Shown: positions 34,259 to 49,168 of the stretch, in pieces
How the letters are laid out: each line of letters starts with the position of its first letter
Numbering within the stretch: position 1 is the first letter of the stretch
Source of the DNA: Fonticula alba ATCC 38817
Taxonomy: Eukaryota; Protista; Nucleariida
Length of the DNA: 64,000 nt
Assembly (NCBI GenBank): GCA_000388065.2
Contig: KB932201.1
Strand: one strand, 5' to 3'
Notes under the pieces: model-generated
What the model was told of the DNA's origin: nothing
The model's database searches: none
The model's input: only the letters and a program-made list of their open reading frames with translations
Program-made: the position numbers and the translations under genes

Positions 34259-34620
34259 GGCCGGGCGGCCGGGGGCGCGCGCGCGGCGTGGCTTGATCAT
34301 GTTTGGGGTCTGTGTCCGAGGAGGGGGCGCGGTATGTGGATGGTCGGTCAGTCGGCGGGGAGATTACCGAGGTGCGTGTGTGTGTGTGTGTGTGTGTGTG
34401 CGGTAGTTGCAGGATCCGCAGCGCACGCACGAACTCTCGGCGGGAGGAGGGAAGCCGGGCGGAGAGGAGGGGGGGATGAGGCAAGAGGAGAGGCAGCTGG
34501 CGCGGCACTTTCCAGGGGGGGGGGGAGAGGGTGCTAGCTGTGGAGTGCGGTCCGAAGACAGGGTCCGAGATCTACCTCTCGCCTGTCTCCTGCCTCTCGG
34601 GCGAGGGGGCGGCTCGCCTC

Positions 34621-34651
<31 letters not shown>

Positions 34652-35132
34652 NNNNNNNNNNGGGGGGGGCGTCGGGCGGAGGTCCCACGTTTACGATGCC
34701 CAGCACCCGCTCTCAACCGACATGCCGGCCCAGTTTGCTGCCGCCCCCGACCGGAGGCCGTAATTTGGCGCTAATTCCTACTGAGACGCAGGTGCGTTGC
34801 CCAGCCGGTGGGACCGACCGCCGGTGCCCGTGCACACCTTCACAGGGGTGGGGATACGTTCGGGGCTTGGTGAGAGGGAGCCCACAGACCCGGGAAGGGG
34901 GGCTAGGGGGGGGGGATTGCTCGCGAGAGTGGCGCCGTGCGACACCCCCGCCACGAAGGGTGCGGCTCTCCAACGTACATGGACACGGGGCAGTTGTGGT
35001 GGCCGTCGGAATGTCTGATGTGATTGGACCAAGGGCGAAAAAAGGGCCGGAGGAAAGCGGCCCCCGGAGGGAGGATATCCACACACGTGCACACCCCGAC
35101 GCTCGTTTGTCCCGATCGTCTGATCCCTCTCG

Positions 35133-35168
<36 letters not shown>

Positions 35169-35820
35169 CGCCCGTCCCGCACCCCCTCCCTCGAAGGGAG
35201 CATGGTCATTCAATTGTGCCCCCATGCACAGACGGCGGTGCGAGACTTGCCCCGAGGGGGCCGGAGGGGCTGAGACACGGCCGCCATGTGTCGTCCGTCC
35301 TAACAGGATACCTCCTCCTCTCAAGGGTGGCCGCGGTGGTGCCGGTGATTAATTCGCCCCCCCCCCCCCCCCCCCCCGTCCTGTTGAAAAGTCTCATTCT
35401 CCCAAGGACGGGGGCCAGGCTCAGGTCGGAGCCCCGTTGTCGGGCCTCCCCGTGCGTCGGTCCTCTGCCCGTGCTGGCCACCCTACTGCCCCACTTCGGC
35501 GTCAACGTCGGTCGGTTGATCGAGGGAGAGGGCGAAATAGAGCGAGAGAGAGAGGAGTGAAGCCGGAACGGGGGGGGGGAGGGGCAAGGAGACGCTGAGC
35601 CCCGGGCTGTTTTCTACATCCTAACAGGGACTCGTGCATATCTCTTGTTGCGGCCGCGAGAGGGAGAGGGGGACCAGGAGGCCCTCACAGCACGATGACC
35701 TCATCAAGCCGGAAGCCCCGGCATGATCATTGTCCGTGTCCCTTTTTTCCCCATGTCCGGCCTACTTTTGTCGCGCCGACAGCGAAAGTTCGGCGAACAG
35801 GTCGCGCACACTATGCCCAA

Positions 35821-35861
<41 letters not shown>

Positions 35862-36832
35862 CCTCTTGGGCGGCGCGCTGCTGTTCCTTTTCTTTGATTG
35901 CCCTTTCTTCCGGCTCTGGCTGACTCTTCTTCCTTGGCGTGAATGCCTTCCCCCCCCTCCTCCCTCCCTTCCGTGGGAAGTGCCCGTGCGTCCCNNNNNN
36001 NNNNNNNNNNNNNNNNNNNNNNNNNNNNNNNNNNNNNNNNNNNNNNNNNNNNNNNNNNNNNNNNNNNNNNNNNNNNNNNNNNNNNNNNNNNNNNNNNNNN
36101 NNNNNNNNNNNNNNNNNNNNNNNNNNNNNNNNNNNNNNNNNNNNNNNNNNNNNNNNNNNNNNNNNNNNNNNNNNNNNNNNNNNNNNNNNNNNNNNNNNNN
36201 NNNNNNNNNNNNNNNNNNNNNNNNNNNNNNCTGCCTCCCGAGGCCGCCCCACGGGGAGCTTGCGGCCCCTCCCCCCCCCCCTCCCACCGCGCCCCACCCA
36301 CGCTCCCCTGAGAGGGACGCCCCGGCGGTGGCAGTCCGATCGCGCGGATGTACCCCGCAGTCCGGCGGTGCTGCTCGAGTCACTCAAGATCAGAACAGCA
36401 TTCCAAATAGCTCCGTTGGCATCTGGCAGATGCCGGCATGCCCGACTGTTTGGGGGGGGGGCGGGGGACACAGAGGCCCTGCCCCCGAGGCGTCTCCTTT
36501 TTCTTCGTGCCGGCAAAGATCTCTCGCCTCTCCTCGCGATCCTCGCCCCCCTCGCCCGGCCGGGGCAACGGCCAGCATACGGAACAGACGTTCGGTTTGT
36601 ATTATCTATATCAGAGCAGGGGAGGGAAAACAAGGCGCGCGGGCCAATGTGAAGCGGAAAAAGGAAGGAGGCAAATTGGGATCAAGGACATGCTCCGCCA
36701 CAGGACCAGGGCACGGCCCACCCCTTTGCTGGGGAATTCGTGGGAGGCAGGACGCGCGCCGAGGTTCTCAAGCGAGCGCGGAGGAGGGTGGTGGGTGTAG
36801 GGGGGAGGGGGGGAGGGGGGGGGGAGTGTTTC

Positions 36833-37766
36833 TTACTTCTTGCCGGCGTCAGTGATATCCTCCTGCTCGGGGGCGGCGACGGCATCCTCAGCCGACATCG
36901 TCTCCTCCACACGAGTAACCTGGCTCTGGCGCGCGGCAGCACGCTTGAGCTCGGCCGCCTGGGCAATCTCGCGCTCCTGGGCCAGACGCTGCTCACGGCG
37001 CTGGATGGCCGCCTGGCGCTCCTGGTACGTGCGCAGAACCGGCACCACATCCAGCGGGAAGCGCTCGTCATCCTGGTCGCGCAGGTAGTACAGCTTGGAC
37101 CGGCGGGCCCGGTACGGGCGCATGACCTCGAGCTTGGTGATGAGCGGCGAGAACACCGGCACGGTGACCTCGATGATCTCGCTGTCACCACTGCCCGAGG
37201 TGTCGGACATGTCCACGCGCATGAGGATATTCGAGCCAAGCTGCTTGCGGCGCACGGCCAGCACCGTCCCCAGCAGGGTGGTGAAGCTGGCCTGGTCGTC
37301 GTTCTTCTTGCTGATGCGGTAGGTCACCGAGACGATGGCCCCAGCGGAGAGGCCCTTCGGGTTGGAGTCCTTCAGGAGCTCGGTGCGGCGCCGCATCTCC
37401 GGAGTGGAGTTCATCTGCTCGTGGTTCAGGAACTGCAGCATGTTGAAGGAGCCGAGATCGAAGCCGCGGCTACGGGCATACTGGTTGGCGTCCTGGCGGC
37501 GGGCTGGAGGGAGGGGCATATGGTCGGAGGGGGGGGGGGGGTGGAGGGGGCGCATGTGTGAATACCAGAGGAGAGGAGGAAGAGCAGCAGTCAAGGCGGA
37601 GGCAGGAGGACGCACCCTTGGCGCGAGTGAAAGAGATGCCACGAGCGATGGTGGTGGCAGTGGCACCGCCCAGGGGGGTCGCCACGACGGCGGCGGCGGC
37701 GGGGGCCCGGGCCAGGGCAGCCAGGCCGAGGGCTGGGCGGGCAATCTGACGAACCGAAGCGAACAT
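36833..37766 (-). CDS. MRPL19: Mitochondrial ribosomal protein bL19m, 2 exons, ~273 aa
   Basis: Exons 37766-37616 and 37503-36833. Presequence MFASVRQIARPALG, GTVLAVRRKQLGS, FSPLITKLEV..RARRSKLYYLRD (bL19 signature). Confidence 0.9.
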
Positions 37767-37857
37767 AGCGGGCGCTGGATCCAAAAGGGGGCGGGCCCAG
37801 CAGTCTGACAAGGAGGGAGGGGCGTGCGCGGGTGAGTGTGTGCGTGGTGGTGAGGAA

Positions 37858-37910
<53 letters not shown>

Positions 37911-39236
37911 CGAGGGGCAAGGGATGGGAGCGGTGGCGGCAGCAGCAATCAGGGCGGAAGTGTGAAAGCTGAGGGTTGCCAGAGAGGAGGCGATGGGGGG
38001 CCTGGGAAGCGCTGATCATGGGGATGCATCGATCCCCAGATGACGGCCGCGACAACGGTGCCAGGACACAAGAGGCTAATGCGTGGATGTCGAGGGGGGA
38101 GGAGGAGGAGGAGGAGGAGAGGGAGGAGGAGCAGAAGGCAAGAGCAACAGGGGCAAGACATACAAAGGAGGGCGGTGCGAGGGAGAAGATGGGAGGGGGA
38201 GGAGGCAGCGGGGTGGGGATGGGCCCGGGTCCGGGGTCGAATGGGGCCGCCCAAAAGGGCGCATCGCTCCGAACGGGCAGGCTCGCAACGGAGAAGGGAA
38301 AAGGGACCGGCCAACGGGGGGGGGGGGGGGGACGTTGTCCACCTTCCGGGGCCAGGGAACTCCCATCATTCGTGGTTAGGAAATTGGTCCGGCCTCGCGT
38401 CTTGTCGGCGGGGAGAGGGAGCGAATGCGCCTGGCCCCCCCCTCCCCCCCCCCATGGCGCCAATATTCTCGCGGCGTTCAACATTGGCCGGCGGGGTGTG
38501 AATGCGCGTGGTGCGGTTCGGGCGCCGGGCCTGGTCCGTGGTCGCGGCCTTCGTGGGTGTTCCGCCCACCAGCGCACCCACCTTCATCCCCTCCTCGAAA
38601 CAGAGGGAAAATGGGATTCCTCGTGTATAGCGGCAATGTCACGCCCGGGCATCACGCCCATCCCATGATCCCCTGATCATCGCTCTGTTTTCCCGACTCC
38701 TGTTCCCAATGGACCCCGCGGTAACAGGGCACATTCCCCGGGCTTCCTGAGGGAGGGAAGAGGCCCGCAGCCCTGGAGAATGGAACGGGGCCCGGGAGAG
38801 GAAGAGAGCAGTGCGCCGGCGCCTTCGCCCCGGTCGTTGCCCCATCGGGTTTGCCTTCCGGTGCTGGACCAAAGCAGCCTGCATCGGCCTGACCACCCCC
38901 CCCCCCCCCTGCCCTCCGATGGTGAATGGGCCCTTGACGAACTTTGGATGAAAAGGTGATCCCCCCCCGCCGAAAGGCACGGTTAAAGTGCTTGGCCATC
39001 TTCCTTGTCAGACAGCCGCCCACCCTGGCCCCGCTGTGTGCTCAAACATGGGGGCGGGTCAGATCTCTGGCCTTGCGGAGCCGGGCAGATTTTTCCCTCG
39101 GCAGATCTTCGCCCGTCCCCTCGAGCCCAGCCACTCCCCTTCATTTCCCATTCCCCTCCCCCGCGTTCGGACGTTATTTTGTTTCCGCGCATTTCTTCTG
39201 TCCTCCCCCCACCTCTCTCTCTTTCCCCCTTCCATC

Positions 39237-40184
39237 ATGTTTGGTGGACTATTCGGCAAGGCCCCCACTCCCGAGGAGCGAGTCAAGCAGTGGCGCAGCC
39301 AGCTCCGTAATGAGACTCGTCAGCTCGACCGCCAGATCCGCGGTGCGCCCCCCCCCCCCCCCCTCCTGCTCTCCCTATCTCTCTCTCTTCTCCTGCTGAT
39401 GTCGCGCTTCCTCGGGGGTCCGTCAACTCACCCCCCCCCTTTCCCCCCCCCCCCCCCCCCTTCCTCTCTCCCCTCGTCCGCTGGCTCTGACGGGCATGAA
39501 AGACATCGAGCGCCAGGAGCTCAAGGCCAAGCAGACGCTGAAGGAGTTCTCCAAGAAGGGCCAGATCGACTCGTGCCGGAGCCTGGCCAAGGAGCTGGTG
39601 ATGTCGAAGAATGCCAAGAACCGCATCATCCAGTCCAAGGCCCACTTGAATTCGGTGTCCATGCAGCTGACCCAGCAGCTGTCCTTCATCAAGGTGAGCG
39701 GGTCGCTGGCCCAAAGTGCCGAGATCATGCAGGCCATGAACTCGCTCATGCGTGTGCCGGAGCTGAGCATGACCATGCGTAGCATGTCCAAGGAGATGGC
39801 CAAGGCTGGCATCATCGAGGAGATGATGGACGATGCCATGGAATCCCTGGATGCCGACCCGGACTTCGACGAGGAGGTCAGCACCGAGGTGGAGAAGATC
39901 CTCCACGAGGTGTCGCTCGGTACGTGTCAGCGTGGGCTTCTGCATTTGCTTCCTTGTCATGCGGATGTGCTTTCAGCTGTTTCCCTTTCGCCCCTCTCTT
40001 GCCCACATGCTCCTGACATTGTCTGCCCTCTCGCCTGCTCTACTTTTGTCTGTCTGTCTGCGCAGGCGTCACTGGGAAGATGGCCCGCGCGCCGGTCGGG
40101 GGTCTGCCTGTGCAGCAGTCCGAGGAGACCGCTGTCAGCGACTCGGACCTCGAGGCCCGGCTGCGTTCGCTGCAGCAGACCTAG
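39237..40184 (+). CDS. VPS24: ESCRT-III subunit Vps24/CHMP3, 3 exons, ~213 aa
   Basis: Exons 39237-39342, 39503-39919, 40066-40184. PEERVKQWRSQLRNETRQLDRQIR, CRSLAKELV, KAHLNSVSMQL, MSKEMAKAGIIEEM, C-terminal MIT-interacting LEARLRSL. Confidence 0.95.
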
Positions 40185-40505
40185 ACAGCATGGGACTCCG
40201 CGCGCGCGCGCGCGCGCACACTCCCCCCCCCCCCCCCCCCACACACACAAAAGCACACATGGACCATGTATCCTTTCGTTTGTCTCCAAGTCAACCTTGT
40301 TCCCTCCCCCCTCCCCCCACCTCCCATCGTCCCTCGCCTCGTCTGCCTATTCGCTGTGTGTGGGCCGGACAAAGGCGTAGAAATAGTAAAAAAGAAAGTT
40401 GCCCATCTCTTCGGTTTATCCCTGCCCAGCGGCGGTGTTTGGTATATTTGGATCTATTTTTCAGGAGGACAAAGGGAGTTTACCCGATGGCAGGGTGGAA
40501 CTCAA

Positions 40506-42016
40506 TCAAGACTCCAAGACCTCCTTCAACTTGTTGGCAATCCTGCGCATGGCAATTGTGGCCGGGGAGGTGGGGCACGCGTCGGCAATCGGCCGTCCCT
40601 CATCACAGGCCTTGGCTATAGTTGGGGCATGAGAATGGGAGGGAGGAGGAGAGGGTCAGGAGTCTATCTAGCCAGGCAGAGGGGGGGGGGGGGCACGAAA
40701 TGCCATGAACGCACCGACACGCGGATCAATCGGAATGGACCCAAGGAAGGGGACGTCAAAGTCCTGGGCGAGGCTACGCGCGCCACCGGTGGTGGCTGGG
40801 AAGATGTCGGTGTTGATCTGTGCACGGGCGGGCTGGTGTTAAGAGGGGAAACCGCATGAGGAGGGTAGGTGTGGATGGAAGAAAGTCCGGGGGAGGGGGG
40901 ATGAAGAGACTGGGAAGAGGAAAAGGAGAGAGCAAAAGCGCTGGGCAACATACGCTACAGCCGGGGCACACGAAGCCAGCCATGTTCTCGATGATGCCGA
41001 GGACCGGTAGGCCAACTCGCCGGCAGAAGTTCAGCTCACGGCGGACATCGGCCAAGGCCACCTCCTGCGGGGTAGTGACAATGACAGCGCCGAATTTGGA
41101 GCCAGCATGCGTGGCCGCGGCCTCGGGATGCTGGGCCGTGATCTCGTTGGCCTGCTTCAAAAGCTGGACAATGGAAATGTGCTCGTCCGAGGTGCCAGGC
41201 GGGGTGTCCACCAAGAGAACATCCGTTGGCTGGTAGTCCACATCGCGGAGGAACTGCTTGATCAGCCCTGTGTGTGATATGTGCTGGCAGGTGTCAGGGA
41301 AGGGCAAAAGCGGGAGACAAACGATGGGAGGGCAAAGGGAGAGGCTGAAACAGGGATGGACCACAAAGGGGGGGGGGGAGGGGGGGAGGGACCAGGGAAA
41401 GAGAAAAAAAGCCTCCACCACTGGGGAGCAGACGGCCCGAGCCGGGCGTGGCCATGGGCGTACCGTTCTTCTTGGGGCCGCGCCAGATAACCGCATCATC
41501 GCTGCGCTCCAGCATGAAGCCCACCGACACGGCAAAGAGGGTATCTGAGACGAAGACCGGCGAAAGGCCAGAGGCAGTGCGCTGCAGGCGCTCAGCCCCG
41601 GCGCCCAGCAGCCGGGGAGCAGACGGCCCGGTAATGTCAATATCCACCAGGCCAACATCCCAGGCGTCAGCCTCGGGATCTGGATCGAGGTCCATGTCAT
41701 CATCACCGCCAGCTGCGTCGTCACCGGCATTGGGATCGGCATCGAAGCCGCCTCGCGATAGCATCCAAGCCAGCTGCGAAGAGACGGTACTCTTCCCGAC
41801 ACCGCCCTTGCCACTGAGCACGAGCACCCGATGACGGACCGGGAGCATGCGCTCGGCGATGGCTGCGGCATCCGGATCGACGGCCGGCTGAGGCGGCGAG
41901 CTTGCGCAGATGCGCTGGTTGGGACACCCAGCGCAGGCGTCCATCTTGCCGGCGGCCTCGGACGAGGTGCCGGGGCAGTCCTGCGGCGGGGGGGCGCTCA
42001 GCTCAGCGGTGGACAT
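40506..42016 (-). CDS. NBP35: Cytosolic Fe-S assembly scaffold Nbp35/NUBP1, 4 exons, ~359 aa
   Basis: Exons 42016-41464, 41267-40954, 40817-40715, 40615-40506. N-terminal Cx13Cx2Cx5C, deviant P-loop [49 protein letters not shown]. Confidence 0.96.
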
Positions 42017-43473
42017 GATGCGTGCGTGTGTGTGTGTGTGTGTGCGCTGTGTGGGTGGGGAGGAGTGACTGGGGAGGAGGAGAGAGGAACAACAGAAATG
42101 GGAATTGGGAGCGGAAGGAGGCGGGGATAGAGAGCAGACCATGTGCCCATACCCACCCAGGGCCGTGGACCACCGGCGCCCGATCAAGCCACTGTCGCCG
42201 GGTATTGCAGGGGGAGGGTGGTCAGAGGTGCCCCGTGGCCGCACAAGACTGCCAGAGCGGTCTGGCGCCGTCAGATCGCCCCCCCCCCCCCCCCCCCCCC
42301 CCCCCCCCNNNNNNNNNNNNNNNNNNNNNNNNNNCCCCCCCCCCACCCCCCCCCCCCCCCCCCCCCCCAAACCCCCCGGTTCTCTTACCACCAGACGGAC
42401 AAAAAACAAAGGGGAGGGGGCCCCCCCCCCCCCCCCACGCCTGCCAGTGGAAGGAAGGGACATTGCCCGGGGGCCGACCAGGCATACATCAGCCAATGTG
42501 CTCACTCGCAGCCAGATACCCACACACCCACACCCATGCTTGGTGTCGAAAGATCTGAACTTGGTCCCCCAGCCCAAACGTACTAGGCACGGCTTTGGGT
42601 GTTTGTCCGGCTTCCTTCCACGCCTCGGGGCTGCGAGGCGGAGTAATCAGCGCGAGCCTTAGGTAAGGGTCGGGCACACCACTCTGACGACCGGGCTGCG
42701 GTGTGATTACAACGTGATCCATCCATCATCCGCATGATCAGACCGAGCGCTTTCATGGCCCCAAAGTGCCCGCGCGGCGGGGCCAGCTTCCAGCCGGTCA
42801 ACCAGCCAGTTGGCCAGCCATCCACCGCCCTGGCAGCTCTCTGAGGCCCCGCCCCCCCCAGACACGCCAACTCCCCCCGTGGAAGTGGAGTCGAAGGGAG
42901 TGGTGGCCTTCGCCTGGCCCGGGGCCGGCGTGGGTCCTCCCGTGCTCCCGGCACCACCCGGGTGGATCTTGCCGCGGGTTGCCCTTCTTCTTTTCGAGCA
43001 GTGGACATATGCCCCCGAGCCAGCCGCATGGGCGCGCCAATTGAATGATGACGCCACCTGGACCCCTGGGATGCTGGGCGCCCTCCGCCCCGCCCCGCCC
43101 CGCCACCGCGCCCTCCAGTCCCCCGGTCCCCGGGAACAACACGCAGGCATTTGCTCAAACACCCGGACCTTCGCATACCACCCCCTGGGATGTACGCGTG
43201 CACTTCGGGCGTACGCCTTGCCTCGCCTGCCTCCTCTCTCCCCCCCCCCTCGTGGACGATCTCCTGTCCCCTGGAAGGATCTTTGCCGACCACAAGCCGG
43301 GCGGGGATCTTCTTCAGCCACCAGGGGGGCGAGGGTGGCCCGGTCGGCACCGGGGCATCACACTCCGCCTTTGCTTGCGTCACGACATCCTCTTCCTCCT
43401 GGCACCTCAAAACACCCCAGGCCCGTATACACGCACGCCCACCCACCCACCCAGCCCCACCCACACATCCACA

Positions 43474-44345
43474 ATGAGCGAGCAGGACAAGAACATGACC
43501 CCCATCGACGGCGTTCTCGAGGAGCTCCCGTCTGCCAAGCCGGAGGGCTTTGTCGAGGAGTTCCTTCATGACGATGAGGTCCACGAGCTTGTTGGTTCCG
43601 ACGGTGAGGACAACATCGAGCCGGTCGACGACATGATGGAGGCCTTTGAAATCGAGATGCACATGGGCTCCGACGATGAGGACAACCAGGACGACAGCAT
43701 CGTGGAGGACATGTCCCGCGCGAACTATGCTGCGCACAAGGGTTCGTTTTCATCGCCTTTTTCTCTCCCTCCCTCCCTCTCTCTCTCCCTCTCTCTCTCG
43801 CGCGCGCGCGCGCGCGCGCTGACCACCCCGAGCACCTGCTCACTTCGCTTGCACACTCTCTCCCTCACACTTCCCCCTCACACTTCTCCCATTTGCCACA
43901 CGCAGGCCCGGTCTACGCGGTCGATGTGCACATGGGCGCTGGCCTCGTGGCCACTGGCGGCGAGGACCACAAGATCTTCCTCTGGTCCATGTACAAGCTG
44001 GATGAGACCCCGCTGGCTTGCTGGATCGCTCACACCGACTCGATTGTCTCGCTGAAGTTCAACGAGACCGGCTCGCTGCTCATCTCCGGCGGCATGGATG
44101 GCACCGTCTGCGTGTGGGATGTCACTGGCCGTTGCGGCAAGGTGGTTGACACCTCCAGCGATGTGTCCACCGATGAGCCGGTTGTCATTCTGACTGGCCC
44201 GTCTGAGGTCATTGTGCGTGCATCTGCCTCCTGCTGCGCCCCTCCCTTTCCTCCTTCCTGTCCCCTTTTGTCTGCTTTCCTCCACCCGCCCACGCACAAA
44301 CGGCTGGTGCTTGCCTTCTGACGGGTGCTTCCCCCCCCTCCCCCT

Positions 44346-44385
<40 letters not shown>

Positions 44386-45335
44386 CACTGCTGGCACAAC
44401 AGTGGGTCAAGTTCTCCCCCGACTACGAGACCATTATGGCCGGCTCGGAGGACGGCACCGTCTGGCTGTGGTACACTCCCCAGGCGCCGGAGAAGGGCGC
44501 CCCCAAGCTCAACCCCGATGACTTCATGCAGAATGTCCTGGCCCACCATGAGGGCAGCGTGCATGTCGGCGAATTTAGCCCCGATGGTGCGTGCATGTTC
44601 ACACCTCTTCCGTCTTCCGGAGGGGCATCCCAATGAATGAAGGCACTTGCCGCACGCCGCCGCCCCTGACACACCCTCTCTGGCGACCTCTCCCCTCCCT
44701 CCCCCTCCCACGTACAATGCTCCACCACAGGCAAGATGATTGTCACCGGCTCTTCGGATGGCAACCTGATTGTCGTGGACCCCCTCTCCGGTGTGGCCAA
44801 GCACACTTTCAGCAGCCAGGTCGATGGCCGCTTCCCCTCTGGCGGTATCACCGCTTGCGCCGTTCACCCCTCCTCGCAGCTGATTCTCGTCGGCAGTGAC
44901 GAGGGCGGCCTGGCTCTGGTCAACTCCCAGACTGGCAAGGTGCGTCTTGCGTTTGTGTTCTCCCCGCTCCCGCTCTCGCTCTCTCTCCCCCCCCCCTCCC
45001 CCTCCTCCCCCCCTCTCCCTTTCTGCCCAATGCCTCCGACCGCCTAACACGACTTCCTCCTCCCTCTCCTCCCTCCTGCGCAGCTCATCTCCGTTCACGA
45101 GTCCCATGAGGATGGTGTCGAGTCGATTTCCTATTCCCCGACGTATGCCTATCTTGCCACTTTCTTAAATGAGCCTTTTTGTGTGCCTGTTCCTCACATG
45201 CCCTCCTCCCCGTAGCAACCCCTTCGTTGCCACCGCCGGCATTGATGGCAAGGTCTGCATCTTCGACACCTCGAACATGCGCCGTCGCCACGTTCTTGCC
45301 CACCAGGTATGTGCTCTCTTTCTCTCTCCCTCTCC

Positions 45336-45366
<31 letters not shown>

Positions 45367-45491
45367 TCTCTTTCTCTCTCTCTCTTTCTCTCTCTCTCTT
45401 TCTCTCTCTCTCTCTTTCTCTCTCTCTCTGTCCTCCTTCTGGTTGCATCGCCAGTCATCATAGCCTTTCATGCTAATCCACCCTGCTATGT

Positions 45492-45523
<32 letters not shown>

Positions 45524-45776
45524 GGAGCCTGTCATCAAGACTGCCTGGCACCCGGTGGCCCCGCTCCTGGTCACCGCCTCCATCGACCGGTCGCTCCGTG
45601 TCTGGGACGCCCGCAATGGCACCCTTCTTAAGACCCTGACTGCTCACACTGAGGGTATTCTTGACATGGCGGTGTCGTTCCCGACCCACGCCCCGGCCGG
45701 CGTGCAGCCTGCCAACATCCGCGGTGTCGCGGTCACTGGTGGCGATGACAACATGGCCTTCCTTTTCGAGATCTAA
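43474..45776 (+). CDS. SQT1: Sqt1/AAMP WD40 chaperone of ribosomal protein uL16, 7 exons, ~456 aa
   Basis: Exons 43474-43741, 43906-44213, 44403-44586, 44731-44939, 45084-45142, 45216-45306, 45525-45776. Acidic N-terminus then WD repeats (ATGGEDHK, HTDSIVSLKFN..GSLLISGGMDG, AGSEDGTVWLW, HEDGVESISYS, TASIDRSLRVWDARNG). Family assignment is by motif recall. Confidence 0.85.
45328..45429. repeat. (CT)n-rich microsatellite in a SQT1 intron
   Basis: About 100 nt of CT/TCTT repeats. Confidence 0.9.
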
Positions 45777-46605
45777 GCTCACAACACCGCCATGTGCATT
45801 AGACACATGCGCCGCCGCGCATGCTGTTAGCTCTCCTTCTTCCTTTGCTACGCCTTGCGCAGGCGCACATGGCCTCCGGCTGGCAGACTGAAGCCGCATT
45901 TCATCCCTCCCCTTTCACTCCCTCGCCCTCTCTTCTGTCGGTGGAGGGAGCAGCCCGGCTGACTGTAGAATAACACTCAAATCCCAACAACAAACGTGCT
46001 CGGGGCGGGACGGGGGGAGGGGGGGGGGGGGCTTGCCCACGCATGAACAGATGGCGTCTCTCCGCCCTGACGTCGCGAACAATATAGCGAGAGAACCGAC
46101 AGGTAGCCAGCCGCATGGGCACTTCGAGGGCGAGGAAACCTGTACCCGCGAACAGGGGGGAAGGGGGGTGACACGAGAGAGAAAAGTACAACAAGAAGCC
46201 TCAAAACAAGAGAAGGGGGTTAGAATTATGCTTGTAAGACTGTATTGTGTTGGGGAGGGGAGTGGGGGGGGGGGGGACCTCACGCTCTGGCTCTGTCACC
46301 CGCAATACAATCAGGCGCAGGGCAACAGAGGCAGGGTAAGGAAAAGAGACAACAAAGGAGGGGGAACAAGGCACAGCGCAGGACTCACTGGCACAGCCCG
46401 GAGTCCTCCCTTCCGTGGGACACACGTAGGAGAGAGGAGGGCGAGGGGAATGGCCTCTTGAGAATGCGCGATATGCACACCGCCCGGCGCTCTACGCGCA
46501 ATAAAAAAAGGAGGAGGGAAGCAAGGGCCTGAAAAAGGAAAAGGGAGATGAGGGAGAGCAACAGGGGGGAGGGGATCACCTTCCCTCGCCAAGTATTGCT
46601 TTGCC

Positions 46606-49168
<2,563 letters not shown>

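Noticed and set aside
32756-34537. 593-aa plus-strand ORF overlapping the Ctr gene; similar antisense ORFs over MRPL19, DED1 and RPL13A
   Set aside because: These are antisense shadow frames caused by high GC3 codon bias, and some run through N-gaps.
42016-43474. NBP35 and SQT1 head-to-head as a ribosome-biogenesis pair
   Set aside because: The functional link is only indirect (Fe-S supply to Rli1/ABCE1), and divergent housekeeping pairs are common here, including thioesterase/aminopeptidase and MRPL19/VPS24.
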